Positions 15,460-44,840 of a DNA stretch of 64,000 nucleotides are shown here, one piece after another; the first letter of the stretch is position 1; each line of letters starts with the position of its first letter. The notes below the pieces were generated by a model that was given only the letters and a program-made list of their open reading frames with translations, was not told where the DNA came from and ran no database searches. Source of the DNA: the human T2T-CHM13v2.0 reference genome, Homo sapiens; the NCBI RefSeq assembly GCF_009914755.1, contig NC_060935.1; one strand, written 5' to 3'. A program made the position numbers and the translations under genes.

Positions 15460-18400
15460 TACTACTCTGAGCTGCAAACTGAGAGACACCTCACAGCCAC
15501 ACAGGTTCTCACACAGCTTTCATCCAGTGGCAGAGCCGGGCAAACCTGGAAGCACATGTAAGGACCCCCCAACCCAGATTTCAGGGCTGAGGAAGCCCCT
15601 AGGGGAACTGGCATCTAGACTAAGGCCTGTAACGGTGACAACACACTACACATGCTGCACTCTGTTGATCCAGGGCATTGTCTCTGGTCAGTCAGGGTAC
15701 TCTCCACTGTACTCCCCTCACACCGAGTTTACCTCTAACTATGGTGAACAAAAGTTGTGGCGCGCTGTAGACAGTCTGTTTTATCTGTTGTCTGGCATAA
15801 CTATTAATAGTGCCCCCTTACATGCTCGAAAGTGCTTTGGTTAAGACCATCAATTATAGGGTTACCCTACCTTTAGACCTGATCCTGGCAGACTCCAGCT
15901 TGCTTGTTTGGCTCTCCCATGTGACTCAGCTTACTGGGGGCCGGGGGTCAATCTTATTCTCCTGTGTATCCATGGCATGGGCTGTATGTCATTCACATTT
16001 GTATCCATGACAGCCTTGTGCCTGATGCCAAACAGACTGAGCAACATAGGTTTTCAATATGATATTCAAAATTAGAATGAGAAGCAAATACAATTAACAA
16101 CAAATTAGATCTGCAAATCATTATATCATGTTGGGATTCTGGATTTACCTTTCACTAGCTGTGCGACCTTCTGATTCTTAGGTTTTCACCTGTAAAATGG
16201 GGATAATAGTACCTTCTTCATAAAGTAGAGAAGTTTAAATGAGACACTATAGGTAAAGTGTTTTGCACATAGCTGGCATATATTGAGCACCGTTAACAGC
16301 AGCTGCCGCTGTGGACAATGATGACTGCTGCTGCCACAACCCTGTTTTGGTGTGAGAAAACTGACACCTAACAAGCATCCAGTAGAAACTCAGTAAGTGT
16401 GCACTAAAGGAATGCTTGGTCTCATGCTAGGTGCTGGCTTCACATCAGAATCTTGGGTTACGAGATGCATTAATCAAAATTACAATTTAGAAGTCAAAAG
16501 TTTTGACTCCTCTAAGTCCAGCTTTCATAACAATTCAAAAAAACCTCCTCATATCCATAAGAAGCATAGAACACAGCAGCACTATCTGGCTGCATCCTTA
16601 GATGTGTACCAACATTTAAACTTCACCTTTGTTATAACTATACTCTTACTCATATAAGAATGCCAACTTGGATATTTGGGTCCATCTCTTCTCTTTTTGA
16701 ACTGTCAACCTCTCAAGTTGTATGTGATTAATGTATATAGAGAAAAGTAGAAAGGCCTCAGATTGAGTCAACAGTTTTCTTGATCCCTCAATTACAATAT
16801 CCTCTTTAAAGTATATCCTTGTTGAACATTTGGAATGAATTAAGACTTTAAACTTCCAGATGTTTAAACTACTACTGTAAATTCAAACTCATTAAAAAGG
16901 AGCAGATTTACTACCTCTACATAGTTTTGAAGTCTGTTGTTCACCCTGTCCAAATAATTTATGAAACTAAATACAGTGGCAGGTAGTGTATTCTATTTAC
17001 ATAGTATTCATGGTGAGAAATAAGGGGCATTTTAAAAAGGTCTGGAAATTAACTGCCATTTGGCCAACCTATAGATCACACTTATTGTTACTTCTAAGCT
17101 AGGAATTGTTTCCTGAAACTGATCTTGTGGATATTTTTATGCTAATCTGTACTAAAAATTACTTTACTTTTTCTGGCCACAAAAAGCTGGCTACAGAGAA
17201 GCATTTGATTATGGCAAGACAGCTGCATCCACTCTCATGAAATAAATGGACCTGGATCTAGTCCTCTGTGGTAATGTCTTGGCAGCCAAACAAAGGTGGC
17301 AGCATTTCTACACCCAGTTTGTAAAGTCTCAGAAGTTTCAGGCTCCATTTTTTTTTTCTTTGCAAGAAACCCATGTCGACTATAATGAGTGCATTTTAGA
17401 GATGCTGTGCTGAAAGCTGGCAATGGATAAAGCAAGAACATAAAAGGAACCTATTCCTAAAGCAAATATTCCTTTTACAAACCTTAAGAATGAAGTGGCT
17501 TTCACAATCAATTTTAATATCGAAGCACTGGACTGAAGTACCTGCCTCTGGCACTTACTTGCCATTTAATTTGAGGCAATTAATTCATCTCTGTGAACAT
17601 GATTTCTCAACTGATAAAAGGGGGTTAATACCTGTCTGAATTTTTCTGAGAACTTGAATGAGATCAAAGTGCTTTGTAAGCTCTAAAGTAACACTGCAAG
17701 TACAATTTTCCTGTTTTATGACTTACTTAAAATAGCACTTAAAAGTGGCTGCCCCTATCAAACAGAAATAAACCTGATCCAACTAAGTTACTGCAGAGGA
17801 ACTGGTCTCAGAAGGAAGGCTCTTTCAACCCAACCAACTACTACTTACTTCGCAGGAATTATTCTAAGAATTAACTGAAAATTACATAGAATTATTAATA
17901 AAGTGTTTGTTCCCACTTACCTCACAGGTCACACATCCTACATCAGGCTTCAACTGTGTAACTTTTTTTTTCCAAAAAAAAGAGATATGTCAAAAGCAAA
18001 AATTCCTCTGATTAGATATGCTAAATCTTGAATGTCTTTCCTAGTACATTTGCAAACTATTTAGATATGATACAGATCTTATTTTTAAAAAACTGTACGA
18101 GGCTTTTGTGGATACTCTGTATGTTATTTTCCTTTCCTTTAATTTCAATAAATCGGATTTACTGAAGTCTATGAAGTTTGTGTGTGTGTAGTTATAAGTA
18201 CGTACAATTGCATGTACTTATGGGCCAACTGTGGGCCAACTCTAGTCTGTAAGCTTGGTGAGTCAGAAAATGCACTGGGTATTGCCAGCACTTAGCCAAG
18301 GAGCCTGGCACACAGTAAGCATTCAACTTATATTTGTGGAATGGTCATGACACCTACCACTTTCTAAATTATCTCATCTTGCAAAAGACAACCTGTTTCA

Positions 18401-18576
18401 TCAGTGCACTGATTCAACCTACCATCAAAGATCAGTTTGTTGAAAACATCTTTTAATAAATTAGGTTTTTAAGCTTTCAGTAGACTCCCAAATTAGAGAA
18501 TATACATACATTATAAAAACAAATGATGGGCATCTTTAACTAATGCTTGTTGCATGAATGTTTTTGGATACATTAT

Positions 18577-18975
18577 TGTGGCAGACTGAAAAGGGGGCCA
18601 TTATTTTGTAGCTCCTCCCAACAAAAGGAGTCTATTTCCTCCTCCTTCGAATCTAGACTGGCCAAGTGACTTGCTTTGACTAAAAGAATGTGGTGAAAGT
18701 GATGCTCTGAATTACTGAGTCCAGGCTTTGAAGCCACTGCCTTTGCTTTCCTGGTACTCTTGAGACCACCATTACATAGCGCAAGATAAAAGACCACATG
18801 GAGAGGCCCAGTCATCATATTCAGTCCCCAGTCACCCTCCCAGCTGAATGCAGACAGCCCAGATGAGACTAGGAGAAGAACCACTCAACCAACCCACAGA
18901 ACTGCGAGAAATGGTAAAGTATTTCTTTAAACCATTAAATTTGGGGGGAATGTTAAGCAGCAATAGGTCACCGAT
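18577..18975 (+). mobile_element. MLT1-family MaLR solo LTR
   Basis: Starts TGTGGCAGA and has the MLT1 hallmarks GTGACTTGCTTTGAC..AGAATGTGG and CCCACAGAACT..GAGAAAT. Confidence 0.7.
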
Positions 18976-19674
18976 GATAAATTAATTAACCCTCATAGCA
19001 CAACCTTAAGGTAGGTTGTACAGCTGAGGAAACTGACCCAGGTTAAGTAATCTGTCAAGGTCACACCACTCTTTTTTTCCGCCCCACACCACTCTTAAGC
19101 TCCCTAAGAACAGGATGAATGTATTGAAACACCAGCTTTGTGTTTCCTTCATTGTCATCCTGCCATCATGAACTTGATCAGTTCTTTCTGCCAAGGACAG
19201 AGGCATCTCTTAGAGCCCTGGCTATAAGATAAACTCTTGTTATCTTTTTGATAAGCCGCATGCATAATGTGTCCTGATTTGACACATCTGTGGGCTTTCC
19301 TAGGACAGAGAAATGGACTGTGGGCTATCATTCTCAGCAGTTCAGCAAATACACACCACTCTGGTTTCTGAAGCTCAAGTAACACTTACTCCCAACATAA
19401 AATAATTCATTAACACCTCTGCATTCATTTTAGCCAGCAACAATAAGACAAACTCTGACAATTTACATCAGGGCCCACACAGTACATTTAAAAAAAAAAA
19501 AAAACCTAGTTGGGTGAATCTTACATTTAACACTTTCTTAATTGTTTTTTTTCTGTAACCCAAGTAGTAAACCACATACAAAAGACTCACCTTGAATTGT
19601 GAAGCTGTTTATCAAATGTTTAAGAGAATTTACACAAGAATGTTTTGACCCCACAAAAAATAATGTGCCTAAGC

Positions 19675-20582
19675 TTTAAACAAAATTCACATTTTATTTA
19701 GATTGAAATAAACTATACAAAATTGATTTTCTTCACCAAAAATAACAGCAATATTTTCCATATTTTTCTAGATAAACCACAACACTTATTTTGTAGGTTT
19801 TCCAGGTTTTGCTTATAAATCAAGATGAGGCAGTATATAAGAGTCATGGAAAAAGACAGAGAAAAAAAACAGACAAATCAGTTGTCAGTATCCATGGCCT
19901 CTGATTCTGTCTCAACCATGAAACAGAAGTGTTCAACATATACCTGCTAAAAAGCTTAGGAAGATGTAGGCTCCACAAAGGAATGTAAACAGCAACGAGA
20001 TGTGGAACAACAGCAGGCTTTTCCATTCAAACTTTGTCATTTGTTTCTTTAAGTTCAAGAAAGACAAAATCTACACTGAAATCCTTGTTTGGTGAGCTCA
20101 CAAGCTTTTCTCCGGTAATTTCTTGTAACTGTCCAGTATAGATTTTTAACATACTTAAAACTCCTATTAGTCAAAGGTCAATTGTGGGCTTCACTACAAC
20201 ATTTTATAAAATGTATTCCTTCCTCCCACACCTCTTCAAAATATATTTCTTCAAAGAATTCATAACACCCAACAAGTAGAGATCCACAGTGATAATAAAT
20301 GCTATGTCTAAAATGACTTAACTGAAACAATTCCAGAGTGCCATCAACAGAGATCACGCAAAAGGAAACATGGCACTTTCAACGTTCTCTTCTGGAAGAA
20401 CAGGTAGGTCTTCAAAGCTTGAGAGTTCAAACAGGGGCCATTTAAACAGGTAGATTATCAATGGCTAATGTATTCAATGGAGTCCTATAGGCAAAGATAT
20501 TTAGTGATTAAGTGGTCTACATACACCTTACGGCTTTTTCTTCCAAATATCAAATATAAGAAAGCCTATTTTTAAAAGTCTC
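19675..20582 (-). other. THAP12: THAP12 3' UTR (approximate end)
   Basis: About 0.9 kb of AT-rich, apparently repeat-free sequence between the stop codon and the poly(A) signal. Confidence 0.75.
19693..19698 (-). terminator. Polyadenylation signal AATAAA of THAP12
   Basis: Plus-strand TTTATT, followed on the minus strand by U/GU-rich sequence. A variant GATAAA lies at 19608-19613. Confidence 0.7.
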
Positions 20583-22513
20583 TTAGGTATTTTCCACAGT
20601 TTCGGAATTATCTGTAGGAAGCTCTGACTTACTTGTATAGAGTTTAATATATGTGTCCACCATTAAATCCAGGTCGTGTTTTATATCAAAATTTATGTTA
20701 AGCAAAGCCAAGTTACTTGACCTTTGGTCTGTCAAAGTGTTCCTCAAATATGCTTTAAGACGCTTTCGTCCATTTTCATACCGCTCATTCTCAACCTTCA
20801 TCACAGGAAGAATACACAGGACCTTCAGCAATGCATACACATTAGGAAAAAACTTGATGTCAGGCAGGTGGAGGGCTTCATAGATGGTGGACGGAAGCTC
20901 TATATCTTTCCCCCTGTGTTTCCATTTGATTCTCCAACAATGAAGCTCAGCTGACAGCGTGTCAGGATTGGGTAAGTCACTTCTATACATGTCAGCATGG
21001 TGTTCCTCCGACGTATTGAATTTGAGTTGTCCCATGACTGAGGGTACCAGAGATAAGCATTTAAGAGCTTTGAGGTGCTGTTCTGAGAATATATCTTTAA
21101 GTTCCTGAATAATGTGCTCCACTGTTGGGACACTTAGGGTTTCTTTATAGTAACTCTCAGAGGTTAGCTGAGATTCCAAGTTACCCTGGTGAGCTCTGCG
21201 GAATTTCCCAGGGAGTTTCATTTGAATATCAAGTTTGGTTGCCAAATTTGTGGCTTCCTCAAACCAAAATTCATGATAAACTTCAATATTTTCCATCACT
21301 TCGTTGAGTGAATGCAGTACTGCAGTCAAGCTACCGGCCGCAAAGAAGACATCAGAGGTTTGCCCCTGGAGGTTTTTCCCAAAGGCTCTTGTAAAAGATA
21401 GGACATTTTTAAGAACAACAATAGTAACAATGAAATCAAAATCTGACACTGCACTGCAGAGTACAAATGCTCGGCCAGCTATATAGTTATTCCATCTAAT
21501 ATTTGTGTCACTATTTATACCATCTAAACATAAAACAAGTGCTTGCAGGAGTTCCACTAAAATTTCAAAAGCATCATGCCTGCCTGTCCACTGAGAATGG
21601 CAGATTTCCTTCAGTTCTTTACCCCTTTCTTTACTGTTCTGAAAAAGAACAGAAATTACGTTGTCAAGTTCTAAAAGCAGTTGTGGTGATCGATGGAAAA
21701 AAGAACAAACTTCCTCAATTGTTCCTAATGCAACAGATACTCCCATAACAGGTACTGATTTTGCCAACCACATATTTAAGGCACAGGAAGAGCAGAGTGT
21801 GTAGATAGCTTGGGGATATTTCTCTAAAAGTCTAGAAGCAACAACTTTCATTTTGGAAGAAAATCCACTAGAGACAATGTAAGCCTGGCCACGACAATAC
21901 TCCATATTTAATCCCCACTTCTCAGTTATCATAGTGTGAAATTTCACAGCCAAAATTTCTGCATCGGCTTCATAAGGCAGGAAGCCTATAAATTCCTCTC
22001 TTAGGTTATGAGATTCATCAACAAACCTCACCAACACAGGTAGGTGCTCTTCCCCTGCTATGTCCACTACATCGTCAGTGATAATGGAAAAGAAGTGTGA
22101 GTCTCTCACTTCCCTGAGAGTTTCTTCTCGAATACAGCTCTCACAGATCTCTAGCATCTGCCTCTGCTGTGTTTTTGAACAAAACAACGTGTTAACTGCT
22201 GTTGTCTCAAACCGCTTTCTCAGAACCTCTTCACCAGAATTTATCCGACACTCCAGCAGTGCCTGAAAGTTATCTGGAGTAAAGAGACCTTCTGGGATTT
22301 CATCAGCCTCATGTCCATCCAGAGGTATGTTTTGCTTTCCCATCAGAATCAAGATTTCAAATAGAGATTTTAGGTATTCTTTGTTTTCCTTCTCTTCAAG
22401 GGTTAGAGGTAAAATGTCCTCATCTTGCCCTTCACCCTCTTCTTCGCTGGGGTTCTGAGCATTGCTATTGTTGGTTTCTTTATGTTTTTGTTCCTGCTCA
22501 GAAGTTTCATCAA
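20583..22513 (-). CDS. THAP12: THAP12 coding exon 5: hAT-type transposase-derived body (DUF4371-like region, RNase H-like fold, C-terminal hAT dimerisation domain)
   Basis: Long ORF 20583-22550 with a real acceptor ttttccAG at 22514-22515. Motifs QNIPLDGH..NF, FSIITDD, ERxxxxxKRLKAYLRNTL..RSSNLALLNI. TAA at 20583-20585. Spliced total of 761 aa matches the THAP12 length as I recall it. Confidence 0.98.
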
Positions 22514-23445
22514 CTGGAAAACAAAGAATTAATTTTACAAACAGGCTCATGAAAAACCATACACAACAAAAAATATTACATCTTTGGTTAAATATTTAAA
22601 ATCCACAAACTCATTCATTCAATATTCATAGGGTATTTACTAGACCACAGACTAGGACAGAGATTAAAATAAGACACTAAGATAAGACACATCCTAGTGG
22701 GAGAGACAAACAGTGTAAAGAGATATATTTTAATCCTAGATGTAAATGCTGTTACAAGATAGGAATAATTTTTTTTTTTTAAGAAGTAGAGGGGGGAGTC
22801 TCACTATGTTGCCCAGGCTGGTCTTGAACTCCTGGCCTCAAGTGATCCTCCCACCTCAGCTCCAAAGTACAAGGATTAAAGGTGTGAGATACCACATCCG
22901 GCCTAATTTTTAAAATACACTTAACAAGACTTTCCACATATGTAATGAATGACAGTCCATGCCCTCAGAAAAACAAAGTGGGACAGAACTAATTACTAAG
23001 GTACTGTGCTTAGTATTTTATATGCATCACATTACTCTCTGTTCAGGCAGGTGGTATCGGCCCCACTTGACAAACAAGGACACTAAGTAACTTGCCCAAG
23101 ATCACAAATACAGTTAGAAGAATGGAAGTAAAGTTGAAATCCAAGTGCGTCTGGCTCCAAGATCCATGCTGATGCTGTTTTTATCAAACCATTATGCCAC
23201 ACATTTATATGGGAGATGGGACAGCTGTACAAACCAGTATAATATAAAGGAGATTAATGTAACTCTTAGGGCTAGTATTAGAATATCACACATCTTAGCC
23301 TAATCTCTTCACAGGGGATAGGAAAACTGAGGCCCTACAGGCTAAATGCCCTGCCCATAGTCATACAGGTCAGTGGTGTCTGCAGGAAAATAATCCAAAT
23401 CTGAGGAGGCACAGTTAAAACCTAGTTCTTAGAACATAAGACTAG

Positions 23446-23741
<296 letters not shown>

Positions 23742-25336
23742 CTATGGAGGGCGGTGGGGAGAAACAAAAATTCAGAAGTTGCATTTGATGACAAGGATAA
23801 ATAAGGGGGACATGAACAAGGAGGGCATTTCAGTTGGTGAGAATTATTCTAGCACAAGCACTAAGGTAGAAGAGGGAAGCAGGCTGCCCAAGTACAAAGG
23901 GAAATCTAGTCTGACCGGAGCCTGTGTGAGCCATGCTTCAGAGCTTCATAAGGGTTCAGAAAAATGCAGGGAGCATCCTTCCTTCACCCCTCCTCAAATC
24001 AGATGACACTGCTATTCATTATATGTGACACAGCAGTGGTTCTATACTAGGGAGGCTTCCCAAGCCAGAAAGCAAGAGGTTATCCTGGACGCCTGCCTGT
24101 CTGGCTCCCTCCCTCTCTCCTCCATTATTTCTCCACTTCCAATTAACAAGTACTAATTCTCTTGCTTTTATTTTTTTCAAAAAGAAGTTCATTAAAGAGC
24201 AAAGAGTTCAAACTGAAAAGTCAAGTCCCTCTTCTTTTGGACATCTTTTTAGGTGTCATAGGTATACAAATTTCTTAAGTTCCTTGAATCTATTCCCTTT
24301 ACTCTCTCTACCATTGCCTTAATTCAAGGCCTTTCAACTTTTATTTGGTCAGTTGACAGTCTAACTAGCCTCCATGCCTCCAGTGTTACCTTTTCTAATC
24401 CAACAGAGTACTCTATGTACCATGGAAATCAGGTCCCTGTTATCACCTACTTATAAACCCCTCAGTGGTTCCCTATTGCTAATAGCCCACAAGTCTGCAA
24501 GTTCTGGCCTCTGGGGTCCTCTCTAGGCTATTTTCTAACCATAATGGGTTATCACAAACTTTAACAACACTAAAATGAGTGTAGTTCCCCAAAACAGCAC
24601 CCTGTTTCGTGCACAGAATACCTTTCCCTCTCTTTGCCCAAGTCCATATCTCCTCATCCATAAAGAGGGAAATAACAGTACTTATCTCACGGCTATTGTG
24701 AGAATTAAATTAATTAATACAAGTAAAGCACTTAGAACAATGATTTGGCATCAGTAAGCACTCAATAAAATGCTACGTTAATAATAACAGCAATAGGAGG
24801 AAGAAACAGAGGAGGAGGAGTAACTAATAACTGACAAGAAGAAAAACAGCTTCTAGCCCTCGTCCTTTGGTGACATAATTCGGACATCAGCACCTCCAGA
24901 AAGGCTGTTGTGACCACTACTCACAATGGCACTATGTGCCCCCACAGCATTTAGTCCTTAAACATTTACAAAGAATTTATTACATACCACAACTGGGTGG
25001 ACAGAAAAAGAGATTCAGTGCATGCCTCTACTGTTGCCCTTCCTTCCCTACAATGGAGCACTGTGTGCCTGCCACCCCTACCACACTGAGAGAGGAGGCG
25101 TCACCTCCATGAGGCCTGCATATAGCATAGTGTGTGGCATTGCAGCACTCAATAAAGACAAACTAAAATTAGACTTTAGTCTCATAGATAATTCCAAAAC
25201 ACAGGACAAAATTGAGCACACTCCTACATTCATTCTCAAGGTAGGTTTTCAACACAGAACATATTTATTTGTCCTTACCAGGTCAAGGCCTTTTTAAAAG
25301 GCATTCAGAAGTTGAGTCATTAACACTATCACTTAC

Positions 25337-25373
25337 TTTTTTTCTGTTTCAGTGTCCTGATTTCATCTTCACT
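25337..25373 (-). CDS. THAP12: THAP12 coding exon 4 (SEDEIRTLKQKK-I), 37 nt
   Basis: Polypyrimidine tract plus TAG acceptor, GTAAGT donor. Its phase 0-1 is exactly what is needed to join exon 3 to exon 5. Confidence 0.93.
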
Positions 25374-26249
25374 CTAAATGTCAAGAAAAAAAAAGAAAAA
25401 AACAAATCATCTTTAAAAAACTGACCTCTAGTGTATCATCTTAGACTCACAAATACAAATGCCTATTCTGAGTCAATTTAATTCTTTCAAGAGCATAAAT
25501 TCTTTATATAGTACACATTCTTCAAACAAACAGACAATGAGAAAACCAGAATAAGCTGTTAATGACTCCAAGGTTATAACAAAGTCTTAGGGAAAAAAGA
25601 ATACATCATTTTGCTTATTTTCTACCTAAATCATCGTAACTTTGGGTTATAAGTGTTTACTGGCTAATGAAAGGCACAAAAATACACCATGGCACTTGGA
25701 GTTAAATTCAAGAGGACACAAATCATCTTACTTCCCAATTTAACCCTGGAGATGTCCCATAAGAAGGAGGTTGCTGAATCTCAGGACTCAACACAAAAGT
25801 GATGAGAAATCCCTGAGAAGCAGAAGGTGAAAGTACCAGCATGGAAGAGATACACAGAGCATACACAGAGCATAGTAGGCCAAGTGGCACCAATAGGGTT
25901 AGACAAAGGAAGAACTTTCCAGCTGCATCCTTTACTTTCCTTCCAACCCTCTACAATGCTTAAATCATGAGCCACCTGTTACTTTCTGTGGCAGAAAAGC
26001 AGCAATGCCAGTGACAGCTGAAGACAGCAGGATGCCTGTTGGGCAGCACTGGACATGGTGCTGATAACAAGAAACATCAGCAGGCTGGTCAACCTGGACA
26101 TCCCCTCCTTATCCTACGGACTGCACGTTTATAAGGATGGTGGGTCAGGAAGAGTATGCCTGCTGTGAGATATGTGAGGCTCTCTGAGGGACAGACTACA
26201 GGGAAATGATAGCTACAGGACAGCAAGTGATTGAGCTCCTCATCCTGAT

Positions 26250-27035
<786 letters not shown>

Positions 27036-27099
27036 ATGGAGGACTGTAATGTAAGTGTCAGTATTCATCTAAGTCCCAGGAAAATAGAAATAAACAAAT

Positions 27100-29950
<2,851 letters not shown>

Positions 29951-30674
29951 AGGTGGACTGATAGGACATATATTAAATACACTAGCATGGACACCAACTG
30001 GTAGGGAAAGGAATGGTAATGGTAATAGTGGGTGAAGAAGGAAAAATAATAAAGCAAAATAAGGGCCTTGCTAGTGGCAATGATGACAAAAAGCCATGGA
30101 CTAAGGAGTTACTGTACTTCTGTTCACCTAAGGTCAACAAAATACAGATAGGTGTCAATCCTCAGAACTGAAGGATATCCAAGGAACATAAGAATATGTG
30201 TAAATTATGCCATATACAGAAATTTCAGTGTTTTTTTCTAAACCCTGTACATATTTAATAGTGATAGAAACCTTATCTTTAAAACATTCCATGTCTCCAC
30301 TTTTACACTTTCCCTTTCTTTATTCCTTTGTGCTGAACTCTGGAAACACCTCAGCTCTATTTTCCTTACTATGAAAGAAAAGGTAGCTTTTTCCTTCTTC
30401 TCCAGAAGGGAATGAGCTAGTGGCCTGTAATTAACAGCACACTCTGGACCAAGTCAACAAGTATCAACTGGCTAACTCTGAGGGAGATTTTCCAATTTAA
30501 ATACTAAAACTCATCATCTCACATCTAGGCTATTTAACAACCATAACATTTATTTCCCGTTACATTACCTCTGAAATAGAGAGTAATTTGGATTAATTTT
30601 AACATAAATGCATCTGTATTTGATTTCATAGTATTATGGGGGAAGGTGGGAAAGCTGAAAGTACATAGACATAC

Positions 30675-30782
30675 CAGTTCTTTTATTCGTTTTCTGTGTC
30701 TACTATGTGGGTTGTTCAAATGACTGGTAAGATCAAATATTGTTGGTATTGCATTATCTCGAAGAACTGTCCTATAAGGACT
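30675..30782 (-). CDS. THAP12: THAP12 coding exon 3 (SPYRTVLRDNAIPTIFDLTSHLNNPHSRHRKRIKEL)
   Basis: Polypyrimidine-CAG acceptor and GTATGT donor. 108 nt, phase 0-0. Contains the AVPTIF-type box (AIPTIF) and a basic RHRKR stretch. Confidence 0.97.
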
Positions 30783-32578
30783 CTGAAAAAGAAAATTGTG
30801 TTAATTCAGAGATGGTCCTTATAAATATATTACACATCAATAAAATTCTATGTTAATGACCTCCACAATATTCCTTCAACTCCAGCTCTAAAGTATAGAG
30901 ACTTACAGAATTTGATGTCAGTTCAGGTCAGTCTACTATTTCCAACTGTGCCTGCATTTGCCCTTCTGGCAATCTATTATAAATTAAGAAACTGAATTGA
31001 AGGTAGGCATAAAATATAAAATGTACTTGCATTTTGCATATCTGTTTCTAATTCAGCATCCCAGCTACTTTATCTGTACTGTCCTTCCATGAGCCCACCA
31101 AATCTACAGGAGGTACAAGTCTCCCAAAATAATCTGCACTCTTGTATGTTCCATAATAATGCATCCCTATTTTACCTAATGTTCCACTTTTGCTAATATT
31201 ACTGAGAAGCATCAAGGCACAGTGAAAATATTGGACTGGGACCCAGGAGACCTAGGAACTAGTCCAAACTCTACCAGTGAGTGACTCACTAAGACACCCT
31301 GGCTAAATTACTTTCCCTTTTTGGGCCCCAGTTTCTTTTTCTGAATAAAATTCTGGTATTGAACTAGATCAACATTTCCTAAAATGAAATTATTCACATA
31401 CTAATGATCACAATGCTTGCCATTTCAGTTATATTACCATCTGTATTTTTACACAATCTACTCATTTTTTAGTTAACACTGTCTTAAGTAATAAAACTGT
31501 AGGAAGAATGATCTGATGTTATCTTATGTTTTTAAAAAAGTTTTTAAACATGTTTTTAACACATACTACAAAACTTCTAAAATAAAAATTGATTCATCTG
31601 CCACATGAAACCAACTCTCACGCCACAAGTGATACTGATATACATAATCACATTTTTGCAAATGCTAATCTAGGTATTTCTGTATCTCTTTCAAGTCCTA
31701 ATCATCTTATGAAAGAATGATCATACTCTACCCTACTTCCTGTTAATTTCATCCAACTTGGCTAGAAGCTGGATGCATACTTAGATGGTAACGGTCCTAC
31801 TGCCAGCCCTGAGGAGGCTGAGTAAAAGACAAGAAGCTTATTAAGAGGGACAGTAATAAATAACTGCTATTACACTCCCCTCAGACAGTCCAAAGAATAG
31901 TGCCTTTAATTTCTTCCTGAATTTGGAATGATAAAGATAAGACATACTTCATTTAAATAAGCTTTCTTTGAAGCAGTGATTATTTCAAAATATCTAAGCA
32001 TGCTCAAAGAACATGCCAAACAAAAATAACAACTTCTAAATTTGTTCACCCAAGGAAGGGAGGTTGGGAAGACATGAAGGGAAAACATGTATCTAAATGG
32101 AACACACTATCTTGGGTTGTACCCAAAGAGTTGTTAAACACATTTGGGATGAATTTCTATTCAGAGTCAATATTTTCTAGTTCAATTCCATGCCATAATA
32201 GAAAACACAAAGATGATTCTCTGACTTCCTAGTAACACTCAACTTCTAGTGCTGGGCTCGTGATCCTGAGTCTACTAGGGAGGCTGAATGAGGAATTGGT
32301 TAGGGACACAATCACTGAAGGGAGTACAAGTTATTATATTCAAAGCTCCCCCATCTTTCACACCGAGCAAATGTCCCCAAAATAAGCAAAAACACATACA
32401 CAGTCAATTCTTGATATCTTACTAATTATTAAATAAGGAGGGGAGGAATAAAACATTTTAACAAATTTTTAAAAGTCAAATCAAATTGATTTTCTATTTG
32501 CAAATAAAGCAAAGATATTATAGATCAGAAAACAGAATGTATGAATGAAAAAAATGACATTTTACAAATATTTATTTT

Positions 32579-37446
<4,868 letters not shown>

Positions 37447-37949
37447 AACATATTCCTTTATAATTAAATCACAGTATTTTTTTTTTATGTTTTAACACTA
37501 TTGTCCACCTCCCCCCAACATACATGCCCCTGACACTTAATTCTCTCTACTCTAAAAATGTCAAATCAAGGTAAAATGCTATGATTTTTAAAAAACTACA
37601 CCTAAATTGTACAGCATTTCATTTGACCAACAAGTATTACTGCTCACAGTAACGATGCCTAAGATGTTCACAATTTAATCACACTTTTACACAGTTGTAC
37701 ATTATGATTATAAACATTTCATGTTTCAAAATCCAAATATTAAGTATAAAAACGATCTCACTATAAAATAATTTGCCATACTGCTACAGTTGTTTGTTTT
37801 TTAAATTCTTAAATCTCTGGAGACCTTCCACACAGAGCAATACTGTACATATTACCTCCGAACTAAGTTGAAACAGCTTTCTGATATCAACAGCAACTCT
37901 TATTCAGACAATCAAGAACAGAATGGGCATCAGGCAGAGAGCCTAATCA

Positions 37950-44840
<6,891 letters not shown>

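Noticed and set aside
15323-15844. 173-aa plus-strand ORF
   Set aside because: No recognisable domain or splice context, and it runs through the 52-bp duplication. Probably chance.
22514-22550. N-terminus MSLFVKLILCFPV of the 655-aa ORF as the true THAP12 start
   Set aside because: It is the intron 4 polypyrimidine tract read in frame. The canonical acceptor is at 22514-22515 and the upstream exons supply the THAP finger.
20583-22550. Interpretation as an autonomous hAT transposon or a processed THAP12 pseudogene
   Set aside because: No terminal inverted repeats or TSD are visible, and the catalytic Asp is substituted. Four introns with canonical splice sites and a CpG-island promoter show this is the parent gene.
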